Origin: Octopus sinensis
Taxonomy: Eukaryota
DNA: 64,000 nucleotides
NCBI RefSeq assembly: GCF_006345805.1
Contig: NC_043020.1
Coordinates: 30,318,001-30,382,000, forward strand
Direction: 5' to 3'
Of the stretch, positions 1 to 14,520 are shown piece by piece. The notes beneath the pieces are model-generated. The model had not been told where the DNA came from. It ran no database searches and worked only from the letters and a program-made list of their open reading frames with translations. Both the position numbers and the translations under genes were made by a program. Each line of letters starts with the position of its first letter. Position 1 is the first letter of the stretch.

Positions 1-603
1 TGATATTTTGAAACCATTCAATACGTGTGTTTCAGGTCAGTGAGATAATATAATAGGAAATGCATCCATTACGTGAAACCTTCCTCAGTTAATGTGTGTG
101 TGTGTGTGCATATATATATATATATAAAGACAAATGAAACAAGGAAAAGTGATAGGTTGACATTTTGGAAAAACTCTTTATCAAAATGGAATTAAAAAAT
201 AAACAAAAGAAAATAAACAATACTTGTTTAAAGCATGCATGTATCTTTCAACTACATGCTGTGTAGAATGTTGTGTGTGTGTGTGTGTGTGTGTATGTAC
301 ATATATTCATATGTATATGTATGTCTCTCTCTGTATAAATATATATATATATGTATGTATGTATGTATATTTGTGTGTGCGTGTGTGTGTATTTTTGTTT
401 ACTTTGGCACATGATGTGCTGACTGAAGATGATAGCATTTATAACAGTTGTTCATTATTTCAATTAATCAATCAACGGACTGAGTAAACGAAGCCAAGAA
501 TGCACCTCAAATGCATAACAATAACAGCTGTAAGTCAACAAGGCACAAATAAATGTACAAAGCCCATTATTAATGCCTTTTCTGAGATATGCACAGATAT
601 ATA

Positions 604-935
604 TCATCATCGTTTAATGTCTGTTTTCCATGCTAGCATGGGTTGGACAGTTCAACTGGGGTCTGGGAAGCCAGAAGGCTGCACCAGGCTCCAATCTGAT
701 CTGGCAGTGTTTCTACAGCTGGATACCTTTCCTAACGCCAACCACTCCGTGAGTGTAGTGGGTGCTTTTTACGTGCCACCTGCACAGGTGCCAGACGGGG
801 CTGGCAAACAGCCATGATTGGATGGTGCTTTTTACGTGCCACCAGCTCGGGGGCCAGGCGAGGCTGGCAATGGCCACAATCGGATGGTGCTTTTTACGTG
901 TCACTGGCACAGAGGCCAGTCGGGGCAGCGCTCAG
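604..935 (-). mobile_element. 5'-truncated 3' end of RTE-type LINE, (ATG)n tail, ~62-bp internal tandem repeats
   Basis: CATCATCATCGTTTAA tail complement and GGATACCTTTCCTAACGCCAAC motif; same sequence follows an RTE ORF2 C-terminus at 60840-61550; GGTGCTTTTTACGTG anchors at 761, 824, 886. Confidence 0.8.
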
Positions 936-1303
936 CGCAGGAGTGGCTGTGTGGTAAGTAGCTTGCTTACCAACCACATGGTTCCTGGTTAAGTCCCACA
1001 GTGTGGAACCTTCGCCAAGTGTCTTCTACTATAACCCTGGGCTGATCAAAGCCTTGTGAGTGGATTTGGTAGACGGAAACTGGAAAAAGCCCATATATTT
1101 ATATACATATTTGTGTGTCTGTGTTTGTACCCCCACCATCACTTGACAACCGATGTTGGTGTGTTTATGTCCCTGTAACTTAGCAGTTTGGCAAAAGAGA
1201 GCACTAGAATAAGTATTAGAAGTCCTGGGTCAAATTGTTTGACTAAAGGCGGCGCTCCAGCATGGCGGCAGTCAAAATGACCTAAACAAGTAAAAGAATA
1301 AAA

Positions 1304-1304
<1 letters not shown>
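936..1304 (+). mobile_element. tRNA-derived SINE (CORE-like family C), near full length
   Basis: A-box-like GTGGCTGTGTGG head, CCTT(C/G)G(C/G)CAAGTGTCTTCTACTATA core, AAAAGA(A/G)T tail; >10 homologous copies in the window. Confidence 0.8.
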
Positions 1305-1345
<41 letters not shown>

Positions 1346-1778
1346 GATAATGAATGAAATTATTGTGTATAGTGCCCAGGTGCTCTACAACTCATTAAAG
1401 GTGCATGTACAGCATGTAGAATTATGTAGAAAAGTCAGGAAAGTGAACAGTGTATGAGCCATGATATACAGGTGTGCATGCATTTGGATGGGGAGGGTAT
1501 CAGGTGTAGTGTTGGCGAATTTCAGGAAGCATGGTGGTTTTAAAGGATGCAATGTCTGAGCAACTAACAACTGATACCGGAAGTTTGTTCCATGCTTCAG
1601 CAACTCTGAGTGTGAAAAAATGTTTCCAAAAGTCATGAGAGCTGTGCTGTTTTCTTTGTAGGCATGGCCACATGTGTTAGACACATGGAGCTTAAAAAGG
1701 TGCCCAAAGTGGTTGTTGACACAGTGGTTAATAATTTTGTTGGGGTTTACCAAGTCAGTTGCCAGATGTTGGAGCACG
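1346..1778 (-). mobile_element. CR1-type LINE 3' fragment (ORF2 C-terminus plus 3'UTR), frameshifted
   Basis: Minus strand reads ATDLVNPNKIINH..LFKLHVSNTCGHAYK, then after a frameshift RKQHSSHDFWKHFFTLRVAEAWNKLPVSVVSCSDIASFK..HYT* (TGA at 1500-1502); TRGH.YK and FF..RV...WN.LP..VV....FK are CR1 hallmarks. Confidence 0.85.
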
Positions 1779-2490
1779 TGTGAGTGTGTGTGTGTGTGTA
1801 GGTATGTATATATATATATTGTTGACATCATAAGGAGTTAGCAACTTTGAGAACATGAAAGAAGAATGCATTTTTGGAGTTGCGAATCTCAAAGTAAATA
1901 AAACTATGAAAAATAACATGGAAACATTGGGTTAAAAACCCCTTGGATAGAAAAAGTCAAAGGCTGCTTGTAGGGCATGGGGGAGGGGTGTGTGTGAGAG
2001 GAGAGTAAAGAGGAAGAGAAAGGAGTTTCCCCAGGAGGAATTACATTGATATAAATGAAACGATTTAGCAATACAGCGCTATGACAAGGAACTGAACCAG
2101 GTTCACAGATTTGGTCTCAATGGGAGAGTTGCTTCAACACCAAAGCGCAACCACACACACACACATACATACACACAGAGAAACATACACACACATAAAG
2201 AGAGAGACAAACACACGCATGTATATAATATTTGATAAAGTGGGTGGAGCTAATTTCACCCCCTCCCACCACACAGACACACCTCCTTTCAATGACATCA
2301 TCTGTTATGAATTTACTGTTGATGTAGTGTACCATCTATATAAATACCAACCAAGCTTGATGTCGCTACAATTAGCACACACACACACACACACACACAC
2401 ACCTACATACACACACATACATTCTTGCATGCATGTATAACTGCACACATTTATGTATGTGTTTGTGTATATAAATACACACACACACAC

Positions 2491-2523
<33 letters not shown>

Positions 2524-2865
2524 GAGAGACACCCAAACACATAAGATAGGTAGAGATGGAGAGACAGATAATATTTTAATTGATTTTTACCATTCTGGTT
2601 GCTGTTTTTCTGTTTTCTTTCTTTCTTTTAAACATACAATTCTGTTTACAGCTTCAATATAAATTAGTATTTATGTGTATATGGATGTGAGCCTCTATCT
2701 ATTCATATCTGTTGTAAATATGTCATTTATATTTGTGTGTGCGTGTATGTGTGTGTGTGTGCATATATATATACAAACACACATACATGTATATATATAT
2801 ATATATACATACACACACATACATATATACATACATGTCTACATACATATATATATACATATATG

Positions 2866-2901
<36 letters not shown>

Positions 2902-4030
2902 CCCATATAATTACATATTTATAAACAAATACACACGTGTATACAATCTATCTTCCTTCCCTCCCTCCATATCACCACACACACACACACACACAAAGAA
3001 CATGAACACAGATATATAAACATTTATAATATAGCTACAGAGAAAATTTTATATACTTGAAAAAAAAAATTAAGAAAAAGAATAAAAAATTAAAAATTAA
3101 CAAAAAATATAAATAAAATGAGGAAACAAACAAACAAAAAAATGATAAGAAAAACCAACAAAATGACATAAAACAAAACAACAAAAATACCAAAAAGACC
3201 ATTAAAACTACCAGGACACCCCCCCCCGCCATCACCCCTTGAAAGATAATTCAAACGGAAAAAATAAACGATGGAGTGGAGGCTGGGGTGTTGGTAGCGG
3301 TGGTGAGGCGGGGGTGAGGTAGAGGAGGTGGGAAAAACCAATTAAAATAATTAGTGTATGAAACAAAGAAGAATCATAATAATTATTAACGTTTATGATG
3401 AAAATATATACGTATATCTATCCCACCACCCACCCCTCAGAAATAACACATAACTATTGTTGTTGTTATTATTATTATTATTGTTGTTGTTTTTGTGTTT
3501 TTTGGCAAGAATTTCAATTTTTAAGAAATATTGCTCCATCTCATTTGTCTCAATTCTTGTACGCTTCATCGGTTTCGGAAAAGCTTCTGTTGGAATTTAA
3601 TTAGAAAATGGATCATTTGCACTGGAACTGGTCATAGAAATATAAAGTAGCAGCGCAGAGAGAGAGAGGCAATAATTTGGTCTTGGCTTCTCTTTACTTC
3701 TTTCTTTCTTCCCTTTGTTTCTTTATTTTCTTTTAACAGACAACTGGGAAGAATTGAAAAGATTTTCAACTATGAATTTGTGTACCTGTACGTGTCTCTG
3801 TGTCCATTTGTATGTGTGTATTAACACACTAACATACACACAAAAATATGTGTATATACATACATATATAGTTATATGTAAATATATATATGTAAATTAT
3901 ATATATATATATGTAAATATATATATAAACATATATATATAAACATATATATATATGCATGTATATATATCTATATATATATATATATATAATATATATA
4001 CATACATATATAAACATATATATATGCATG

Positions 4031-4073
<43 letters not shown>

Positions 4074-4108
4074 CATATATAAACATATAATATGCATGTA
4101 TATATATA

Positions 4109-4149
<41 letters not shown>

Positions 4150-4459
4150 CATACATGCATATATATACATATGTGTGTGTATGTATACATATGCAAATAT
4201 GTATATATTTATAATTACATACGTATATACATAATTACACATGTGTAATTATATTTATACACATATATAATGATACATCAACTAAAAATATAAAGCAGAG
4301 AAAAAACGTAAATAAATGCTTCACACATTTATTAGACATATATTTTCATCAAGTTATATACAACACACACACACAAACACATGTATCTAGATCTCTATAA
4401 ATGTTTATAAATATATATAAACATTTATAGAGCTATAGATACATGTGTGTATAATACAC

Positions 4460-4524
<65 letters not shown>

Positions 4525-5177
4525 CAAAGGGAGAGCTAGATATAGATAGATAGCTAGATAAATATATTTTTTATGAAAATTGAATTACTCAGATTAAAAG
4601 AAAGAAAGAAAGAAAGACAGAGGCTGAGAAAGAGATAGGGAGAGAAAGAGAGAAAGATAGGGAGGGATAGATAGATAGATAGACAGAGAGATAGATAGAT
4701 AGATCGAGAGATAGTTAGATAGAGAGAAAGAGAGATCAAATAGATTCTGTGCTAATAGAAAAAAGAAAGAAAAGGAGAATTGAAAACTCAAATAGGAATT
4801 GATGAAGAAGAAGATGAAGAAGAAGACGAAGGAGAAGACGAAGGAGAGGGAGGTTGTAAATTGTAGAATTGTTGTACAATATTTAATAATGAAGAGTAAC
4901 AATAAGAACAAGAAGAGTAACAATAAGAACAATGCTGAGGCAATGGTTGGGATTTTATTAAAGAAAATTTCGTGAAGGGGTCGATGGGAGGGGGGAGGGG
5001 GGTTACCAGAAGGGGCACAAACTGGGTGTGGTTGTGTGTGTATGGATTTATATCATGTATGTATGTATGCGTGTGTGTATATGTAGATAGATACATACAT
5101 ATATCTATATATATATATGTATAGATAGAAATACACACACATTATATATTTATATATATACTCACACGCGTGTGCAA

Positions 5178-5217
<40 letters not shown>

Positions 5218-6529
5218 ATGCACATATACATATGTAGATGTATATAGAAACATACAGACATGCATATGTGTAGGTATGTATGTGAGCACATGTAAATATA
5301 TATATATACATATATATGTATGTATATTAATAATCTATTCCATTGGACAGAACCAATTATGAAATGCATATATACATATACACATGTATGTAATAAACAC
5401 ACATATATATATAATAAATACAGATGTATGTGTGTGTGTATATATTTATGTAAATAATTCAGTTGGAAACTGATCTGATCAGTTTAGATGGGAGATATTA
5501 GAGAAATAAAGTAAAACAATGATAACGAGTGTATATTTGTGTGTGTGTGTGTATTTGTCCAGTGGGTGGGAAGATGCAAGTATAAGCGAACAATAGTTGA
5601 ATAATGGATTATGGCTTAATAAGCAATGTAATATCATAATATCGTGTTTGTCCATCTCTTGTCCTTTTGTGTATGCGTGTGTATATATATATATATGAGT
5701 GTTTATATTGTTATGGACCCTTCTGTTGTTATGGCGATGAATGAAGGTTTTTTAATGCCTTGCTCAACAACCACACAATTGATTTGTTTAAAGTGATTAA
5801 ACGTTTGCGTTACACATAAGCCCCCTCCCTCCCTCCATTAAAAACTGCGATTGATTGCCACAGGTGCCACGAGTGGGTCTCATGTCAGGTGTCCAACTGA
5901 GTGTAGAGCAATGCAAAAGGATGTGTTTTGTCGAGGGACACAGTGCATGGCCGGGTCTGGGAATCAAAACCACAATTTATCAAGAGTGCAACACCCTAAC
6001 CACTAGGCCATATTATATAATGTGCGTGTGTGTGTATGTCCACCATGAGGTCCAGTGCTTGTTGTGGTGTGGTGGCTTCTATGCCTCATTGACAATGACA
6101 GCCATGCCAAGGCCTCCCAGGCTGGAGAGGTCAAAGGACAGAGGCCACACTAATACAGACCACCTCTTCCCAGAGGGAGAAATAGGTTTGCGTAGGGCCA
6201 GCATCCTTACCAAGAAGAAAGTGAAGTTACAAAAGCATTGATGACAATTCAGGACTCAACAGAGACCCTGGGAGAAGAAGTCCCTTGCTTGGGGAAATGC
6301 TTGCTTGAAGTATGGGAATCTATGAGGGAGGTGGGAAAAGTGAATGATTGAAGCAGAACTGAAATGACAGGGATCCATCCGGAGAGAAGCGGAAGTGAGG
6401 GCCCAGAGTTGAGAGCAGCAGAGAGATGATGTGAATGGCCTCCATTGGGAGGGAAAGGGACTAAGTAAATAATAATGCATCTGTGTGTGAATGTACTTGT
6501 TTGTGTGTGTGTGGTTGTATGGTTTGTGA

Positions 6530-6810
6530 AGGCAAGTAGCTGAGTGGTTAGGGTATATGGCTTGTGAGTGTAAGGTTATAAGTTCAATTCCCAACAGTGT
6601 GTTGTGTCCTTGGACAAGACACTTTATTTCACTTTATTGCTCCAGTCCACTCAGCTGCCAAAAATGAGTTGTACCTGTAATTCACGAGGGGTCATCTTTG
6701 TCACATTCTGTGTCATGGTGAATCTTCCTGAGAACCACAGTGATGGCATGCATGTCTGTGGAGTACTCAGCCACTTGCACGTTAATTTCATGAGCAAGCT
6801 GGGACACTCA
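6530..6810 (+). mobile_element. tRNA-derived SINE (family K), diverged
   Basis: AGCTGAGTGGTTAGGGT A-box, GTTCAATTCC B-box, TGTGTCCTTGGACAAGACACTT and CTCCAGTCCACTCAGCTG core shared with 28158-28419. Confidence 0.75.
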
Positions 6811-7084
6811 CCATTGTAAGCAAAGGAGTGCCAGAAGTAATGCCTAAAAGGTTAGAAAGTTCAATTTTCAGTGACATGGTCACAGGTTCAATTCCACTCA
6901 CTTCATGGCACCTTAGGTTGCATCTCTCTCAAGACTTAGAAGACAGAACTGGGGCTCAACCATGGCACACCTTATGCTGCATTGATTCTTCCCAAGAATT
7001 AGGCCATGGGTACGTGTGTCAGTGGAACACCAGCTTTTAAGACATTGTCTAACTTGGACTCCAGCTTTCAATGTATCCTTTCTT

Positions 7085-7525
7085 GTTGATGTTTGACTCC
7101 AGGTCAACAGACCAATGCTCAAATGAGCATCCCATCTTTTATTCTGTCACAATGTATCTAAGACTACATTATTGAATGTCCTCTCTTGTTGTTTAGCCCT
7201 GGGTCACTCAGACTTAAAATTGAAGGTATTCCAGTTACGACCATCCCATCTTTTTTCTGTCATAGTGCACCTAAGACTACATTTATTGAATGTCCTCTCT
7301 TACTGGAGTTTAGCCCCAGGTCAAGCTTCACCCAACAGACCTATGATAAAAGGTTTTCTAGCCAAGGCCGTCCTCTCCCTTATTCTGGACAGTGCATCAA
7401 GACCCACATTTGTGCTTCTTGTCTTTTAACACCAGGTCAGTCCTGATCTAACAGATTTAGGATCAAAGACGTTCTAACTATGACCATCTCATCTTTTGTT
7501 CCAAAAGAGTGCATCTTGAACTACA
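7085..7525 (+). repeat. Internally tandem interspersed repeat (family T), ~4 units
   Basis: GGTCA anchors at 7102, 7202, 7319, 7435 (spacing 100/117/116); homologous to 19608-19945, 38400-38990, 57835-58015. Confidence 0.7.
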
Positions 7526-9019
7526 ATTATCGATCATGGGTCTGCTGGATTCGATTGGTGATGACCATGCCAACTTTTTGAGACACAAGTGTACCTTGGA
7601 GTACATTAACCAATGTTCTCTACATGCTGTCATTGTTGCTGTTGTCGTTCGTATCCCAGTAACAGCTGTTTGACACAAACTCCACAAGTCAGCCATGGTT
7701 GGATGCTGCTTGCGGACGAGAGAAAAAGAGTGTTTAGTGACGACGGATGTTGTTGATGTTGTCACTCTTTGTGTGTTCCAGTGGCCGATGGTGGACGATG
7801 ACGATGACTACAGACACCAGCCCCTTGGTGAAGGTTATTATAAGGGAAATAATGGAAGAGAGTGGAGAATAGGGAACACAGGAGGAGGGGGAGAGGAGTT
7901 ATGAGAGTGGAGAGAGGAAAGGGAGAAGGGTTGGATGAGGTGGAGTGTGAAGTGAAGGGGAGAGGAAAGGACAAGAAGAGAGGGGGAAGGGTAAGAGTGG
8001 AGAGAAAGTAAAAGAGAAAGGTTTGTAACAAAGATGGAGTGGGGGGAAAGGAAGAGCTTTGAGAAGGGGTGAGGTGAGAGGAAGGGAAGGGGGAAGTGAC
8101 AAGAGAAGGAGGAGGGGATGAGGGTGAGGCGGCGGCGGCGGTGGTGGTAGTTTTTTTTTTTGGCCAACAAACAAGAAATAACTGGGAATTATTGTGAAAA
8201 TTTGTTTTGGTAAAGAGAGAAAGAAAGAAAGTGAGAAAGGAAAGGAGAGTAAGGAGTTTGGGGCGGGTGGTGGGGAAGCGGGCAGAGAGGAAACAGAAAT
8301 GGAATTTTCAAATAAAAGTTTGTGGTGGTTTGGGAGGGGGGGAGTTTCAAAATAAATGATAATGAAAGCAATAACAAGAGAAATGTGTCTTATTAAGTGA
8401 AAATATAATAAAGAATTGGAAATATTAACTAGAAAAGGGGGGAGTGGGGGAGAGGAAGAGAGAGAGAGGAGGAGGAGGAGGGGGAGTTAGCTCAGTGGGG
8501 GTTGGGGGGAAGGGGGAGTTGATAGATAGGTAGATGGGCAGATGGAGAGAGAGAGAGAGAATGAGGGGTAGACAGTTACATAGATAGATAGAGCAATGAA
8601 CAGCAAGCTAGATAAGTAGATGGATGGATAGATAGATAAGTAGGTAGGTGGGTGGGTAGATAGATAGACAAACAGACAGACAGATAGGTAGATAGATAGA
8701 TAGACATACAGAGAGACAGACATATAGATAGATAGAGATTGTTGCTAAGCCCAATTCAGCACAAATCCATGAAGGATATGATTGAAGGCCTTCTCATCTT
8801 GTTTTTGTCTGTCCACTCTGTTCTATTTAATATAGTTCGGTGTGATTTGAGGGACATTTGGCTGCTGTTTCGAGCTGATCAGGCAACCACACAGAGGTTT
8901 AAATTAATAGAAGTAATAGTATTACTTGTGATTGCAGTTTAACCCTAGGTCAGAACTAGCAGTGCGATAATCACAGCCGTTCCAACCATAGCCACCTCAT
9001 CTTAGTTCCAAATCTTTTA

Positions 9020-9238
9020 CCTTTTACTTGTTTCAGGCATTGGACTGTGGCCATACTGGGGCACCACCTCGAAGGGTTTTTAGCTGAATGAACCAACCCA
9101 CCCCCTACTGTACTTATTCTATTGGTTTCTTTTACTGAACAGCTAAGTTAAGGGGATGTAAACAAACCAACACCACATGTCAAGTGGTGGTGGGGGATAA
9201 ATACAGACAAAAGACACCACACACACACGCACATGTAT

Positions 9239-9281
<43 letters not shown>

Positions 9282-9430
9282 GCTTCTTTCAGTTTCCATT
9301 TACCAAATCCCCTCACAGGCTTTGGTTGGTCTGAGGCTACATTAGAAGACACTTGCCCAAGGTGCCATGCAGTGGGATTGAACCTGGAACCATGTGGCTG
9401 GGAAGCAAACTTCTTACCACATGGCCACAT
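9020..9430 (-). mobile_element. tRNA-derived SINE family C
   Basis: Reverse complement of the 936-1304 family over head, core and tail. Confidence 0.75.
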
Positions 9431-10233
9431 CATGGTTTGCTGCATTGTCTCCAATATTTCTGTCTGAAATTAAGACGTGTGATCTTAGGGGGAGATAGAA
9501 CTGGCTGCTATTTCTAGCAGGTTGAACACAGTGGTGGTTGTGATGCCAGTGGATTGCTGGTGGTGGATGTTGAGAGAGGGAGGCGGGTGGAGTGGAGAGA
9601 ATTGAGGAGGCGGGCAAGCTGAAAGGATTTGCAAGTGTGGAAGACCTGGTGATAATTTTCAAATAAATTAAATAATTGAAAAGACGAGGAAAAGAAAGGA
9701 GAGGAGGGGAGGAGAGCAAGGCGGAGGAGGAGATGGTGACGGTGGAGGAGGTGGGGACGTCGGGGGGGGAAAGGGAGACGGAGTGGGGAGAGGGGATTGA
9801 TTGTTTGTCTGATTGACATCAGAGACTGGGGGGTTGGGGGTGAGGAATAGGGAGCGAAACTGGGGTCTATGTGACGGGTTATGGATGTGTGTATGCATGC
9901 GTGTGCGTGTATGGGGGGGGGGGGGGTTGTGGGGAGTGAGTGCTATATTCTTTTGTTCGTTTCATTCATTCAACTGCGGCCATGCTGGAGCACCACTGCC
10001 TGCCTTCAAGGGTGTTAGTTGATTAAACCTCCACCAATATCTATTTTAAGCCAGCTACTTATTCTATTGATCTCTCTCTGCTGAACTGCTAAGTTATAGA
10101 GACACAAATATTCTAATACTGTTTGATAAGCAGTAAAACACATACACACACACATATACACACATACATATACATAGAGAAACATACACACATCCTAATC
10201 AGAGTGAAACTGGAGATTCAGTGGTAAAAATTC

Positions 10234-10269
<36 letters not shown>

Positions 10270-10533
10270 ATCATAAATGAATTCATGATGTAATTATGGA
10301 AACATTTTTGCAACAGAATCTCCAGTTCCATTCTCGTCTTGGATATATTGCTTTGCAGTCTATTCAAATGTTTTGAATACCAAATGAAAAAAAAAAACAA
10401 AAAAAAGCCTAGAGAGCAAATCTATTTTGTTTAATATTTTCATTGGAAACTGGATCAGCAGGAATTTAGATGGAGATCTAAGCAAAGGTCAACTATTTCT
10501 CTGTCTCATTTGAAATAACATCATTTCAGTACA

Positions 10534-10740
10534 TACAAGAGGGTGTTTTGGGGTAAAAGAAAATAGAGGAGGATCAGTTAATTAGGATTTTATTCAACAT
10601 ATTCCCCTCTTAAATTCAAATGCTTATTGCAGCAGTCCCTTGGGTTTTCTAAGCCCTGTAAAAGAACTCAGATGGTTGAGCCTCCAACCAGACCTTTCGT
10701 GATATCCTTAAAGCCAGGAAGTTTTCGGCACCCCCTCGTA
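10534..10740 (-). mobile_element. mariner-derived MITE
   Basis: Right end CCAGGAAGTTTTCGGCACCCCCTCGTA, left end TACAAGAGGGTG (partly deleted TIR), TA termini; minus-strand interior resembles a decayed mariner C-terminus (..CNK...LRGEYVE*). Confidence 0.7.
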
Positions 10741-10782
10741 CATACATACATTATCATTATCATCCATGTTCCATGTTGAGGA

Positions 10783-11020
10783 CGTGGGTGGCTATGGTGT
10801 TTTAATTACAATTGTAAAATTGAGGTTTCGATTCCTGAACCAGATAATGCATTGCGTTCTTGGACGAAACACCTCTTTCACACTGCTCCCTACCCTCTCA
10901 GCTGGCAAAATTGAGTAATCCTGTGACAGACTGGCATCCTGTCCAGGGGCAGGGGGAATATATGTGTCACAGAAACCAAGAGACTGGCCCCTATAGTCTA
11001 TGCACTCAGGAAGGACAAGA
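10783..11020 (+). mobile_element. tRNA-derived SINE family K, diverged
   Basis: GTTTCGATTCC B-box, CTCTCAGCTGGCAAAATTGAGT core, homology to 28158-28419. Confidence 0.65.
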
Positions 11021-11772
11021 TCCTTATCTTTATCCTGTCATGTTCCATGCTGGTTGGACAGTTCGACAGGATCCGGTGTGTGTCCAAGGACTGCATTGAT
11101 CTCCAATAAATGCTTACTTTGGCAGGGTTCTCTACAGCTGGATGTCCTTCCTAATACCAACCACTTTACATTATAGACTGGGGGGGGGTGTCTAGTCATG
11201 CCTGCTGCAGTATTGGAGTTGCCATGTAGTTTGACCGTTGTTGGTGCAGCTGGGCCTAACACATTGTAAAGCAAATGCCATCAGGAGTGATATACTTCAG
11301 TGGAGAAGGCAAACAAATAGTTTTGGTGTAAAAAAGAAACCATAATTAGAAGAATCCCGAGCGAAACCTTGTAACACTGCTTACTGGTTTGCTCAATATT
11401 CTCTTAGCATTTCAGTGGTGGTGGTGGTTGGGTGGTGGTGCACAATGATGCCATCGAGAAGAAGGCCCTGAAGTGCATTCTCGCCTGATGACCCCATAAA
11501 CTTGCAAGCATCTGGTATGCAGCTATTTCAACTAGTAGCACTTGTATCTGCAAGTTGTTGTTTGCCAAAAAATCTAAAGGGAATATTTTTTTGTATTTAT
11601 ACAGCTCGATGTATGATTGTTACTGGTGGGTTTAGAGCAGCACAAAGAGTGTCACCATCCTCTGTGCCTCCAGTGAAGGTGGCATGCAGTGAGACTGAAC
11701 CTGGGACCATGGGGTTGGGAAGAAAGCTACTTACAACAGAGGCCAAGACTAAATATATATATATATACAGAA

Positions 11773-12000
11773 GGCGGCGAGCTGGCAGAATTGTTAGCAC
11801 GCCGGGCGAAATGCGTAGCCGTATTTCATCTGCCGTTACGTTCTGAGTTCAAATTCCGCCGAGGTCGACTTTGCCTTTCATCCTTTCGGGGTCGATAAAT
11901 TAAGTACCAGTTACGCACTGGGGTCTATGTAATTGACTTAATCCCTTTGTCTGTCCTTGTTTGTTCCCTCTATGTTTAGCCCCTTGTGGGTAGTAAAGAA

Positions 12001-12002
<2 letters not shown>
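11773..12002 (+). mobile_element. tRNA-derived SINE (family M, Meta-domain-like), full length
   Basis: GGCGAGCTGGCAGAA head, GTTCAAATTCC B-box, GTCGACTTTGCCTTTCATCCTTTCGGGGTCGATAAATTAAGTACC central domain; inserted in (TA)n. Confidence 0.8.
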
Positions 12003-12033
<31 letters not shown>

Positions 12034-12534
12034 TATATATAGTTATACACAGATATATACATATATACAGATATATATACCTGTATACATACATATATAT
12101 ACACAGATACATACATATATATATATATTATATATATCTGTATACATACATACATAGATACATACATAAATACATGCATATATGTACCCCATCAGTAAAA
12201 TTCTAAATGCTGTGCTCCTGCCTGCAAATATACAAATTCAGGTTTGTGTGTTTGGGCTTCAGAATATACGAGAAGAGAATTACTATTTTTCCATGACTGA
12301 AAACTTCATAAAACTTAGTCATAAATAAAAGATTAATATTTACAATTGAGTTTATTATAATAAATATATTTACTCTACACAATGTATTGAGTGCTCTGGC
12401 TATTATTCAGGAAACTGCTTAGAAATATATGTGTGTATATTATTATATATATATATTATATACAAATGTATACATTATCATATATATATACATACACACA
12501 CACACATACATACATAGTTTATGAAAAGAAAAAA

Positions 12535-12607
<73 letters not shown>

Positions 12608-12996
12608 TATCTATATACATACATACTTTAGAAAAAGCACCTCCATACTTATCTTTCATGTACTGTTTAATATCTAATTTTATCAAAATATAACCGTACA
12701 CACACACACACACATTTGTATTCATTTAAATGTTTATCTCTGTTTATAATTATCTTCTGCTCTCTCTCTCTCTCTCTCTCACTTGAACCCAGGCTCTCCC
12801 CCTCTTCTACATAAACACATCATCATACACTATTTGTATTGGATATTATTTATCTATATAATTATCTCTCTCTCTCTCTATCTATGCACACATACTTTAT
12901 AACTCTCTCTGTATTTGCTACTCTCTTTTTACCTCTTTCTCCCTATTTATACAGACATGCACACACATAGATGTGCATATTTACATATACATACAT

Positions 12997-13070
<74 letters not shown>

Positions 13071-13409
13071 AAGGGTGTGTATATATATATATGTATAAGT
13101 GTGTATATATATATATATGTATAAGTGTTATATATATATATATTATAATATATGTATAAGTGTGTGTGTAATATATAGATATATTATTAATTATAATATA
13201 TATATATGTATAAGTATATATATATATATGTATAAGTGTGTAATATATATATATATATATCTATATATGTATAAGTGTGTGTATATATATATATAGATAT
13301 ATATATATATGTATAAGTATATATATATATATGTATAAGTGTGTGTGTATAATATATATAATATATATATATGTATAAGTGTATATATAATATATATATA
13401 TGTATAAGT

Positions 13410-13440
<31 letters not shown>

Positions 13441-13458
13441 AGTGTATATATATATATA

Positions 13459-13501
<43 letters not shown>

Positions 13502-14019
13502 AAATGTACATATATATATATAAGTATAAGTGTACACACACACATATATACATATACACACATGTACATACTTACACACACACACATACATTCACATACA
13601 TTCACATATACACATCAAGGTGTTACTCATTACAAAGGTAGATAAAACATAAATGAATTCTGAAGAACAGAAACAACAAACAAAAAAACAAACAATAAAA
13701 ACGCCACCACCACCACCACCACAACAACAACAACATCACAACAATAACAACGCCTCAGCTCCTGTGTTGTTGGTGAATAAACAGTTGTGAATCTGAGATT
13801 TAATTAAATTCACTCTGTTTAGAAGCAATTTTATTAAAATTAATTTCACAAAGCCTGTACGATAGATCTGAGTGAAGGTACCCACCACCACCACCACCAC
13901 CGCCACAAACGTTTGGGCTCATGCCAGCCCTGATCCAGCAGATGCTTGATCAAAGCTATTCCACTCATGACCATCACATCTATTTCTTGTGTGTGCGTAT
14001 TTATGTTTATATATATCAT

Positions 14020-14520
14020 CATCATCATCGTTTAACGTCCACTTTCCCTGCTGGCATGGGTTGGATGGTTTGGTAAGCGCCGGCCATCCAGGGAGCTGTC
14101 CAGGCTCTTGATTGTCTGTTGTGGCAGGGTTCCTATCACTGGGTGCCCTTCCTAACATGCCAATCCCTTTACAGAGTGTGCTGGGTGCTTTTATGTGGCA
14201 CCAGCATCTGTGCTGTATATGCGCAACTGGCACAGGTGCTCTATATGTGGCACTGGCACAGGTGTGTTTTGCACAGCACCAGCACCTGTGAACCCGCAAG
14301 ACAAGGACCTCTCTGTTGACAAAGGGACATGCCTGGATGTATGGATGGCCACACGTATATGTCTCTGTCTTCTTTCAGTTTCCGTTTCCATCTACCAAAT
14401 CCACTTAAGGCTTTGGTTGTCCTGGGACTATAGTAGAAGACACTTGCCCAAGGTGCTGTGCAGTGGGACTGAACCCAAGGCCACATGGTTGCTAAGCGAA
14501 CTTCTTAACCACACAGCCAT
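14020..14520 (-). mobile_element. RTE 3'-end copy (14020-14330) abutting a family C SINE (14335-14520)
   Basis: Homology to 604-935 and to 936-1304. Confidence 0.7.

Noticed and set aside
7590-7765. Minus-strand ACCATGG ORF (MADLWSLCQ..) with a pyrimidine tract upstream
   Set aside because: Weak donor (GTACAC), unrecognised peptide, no partner exons.
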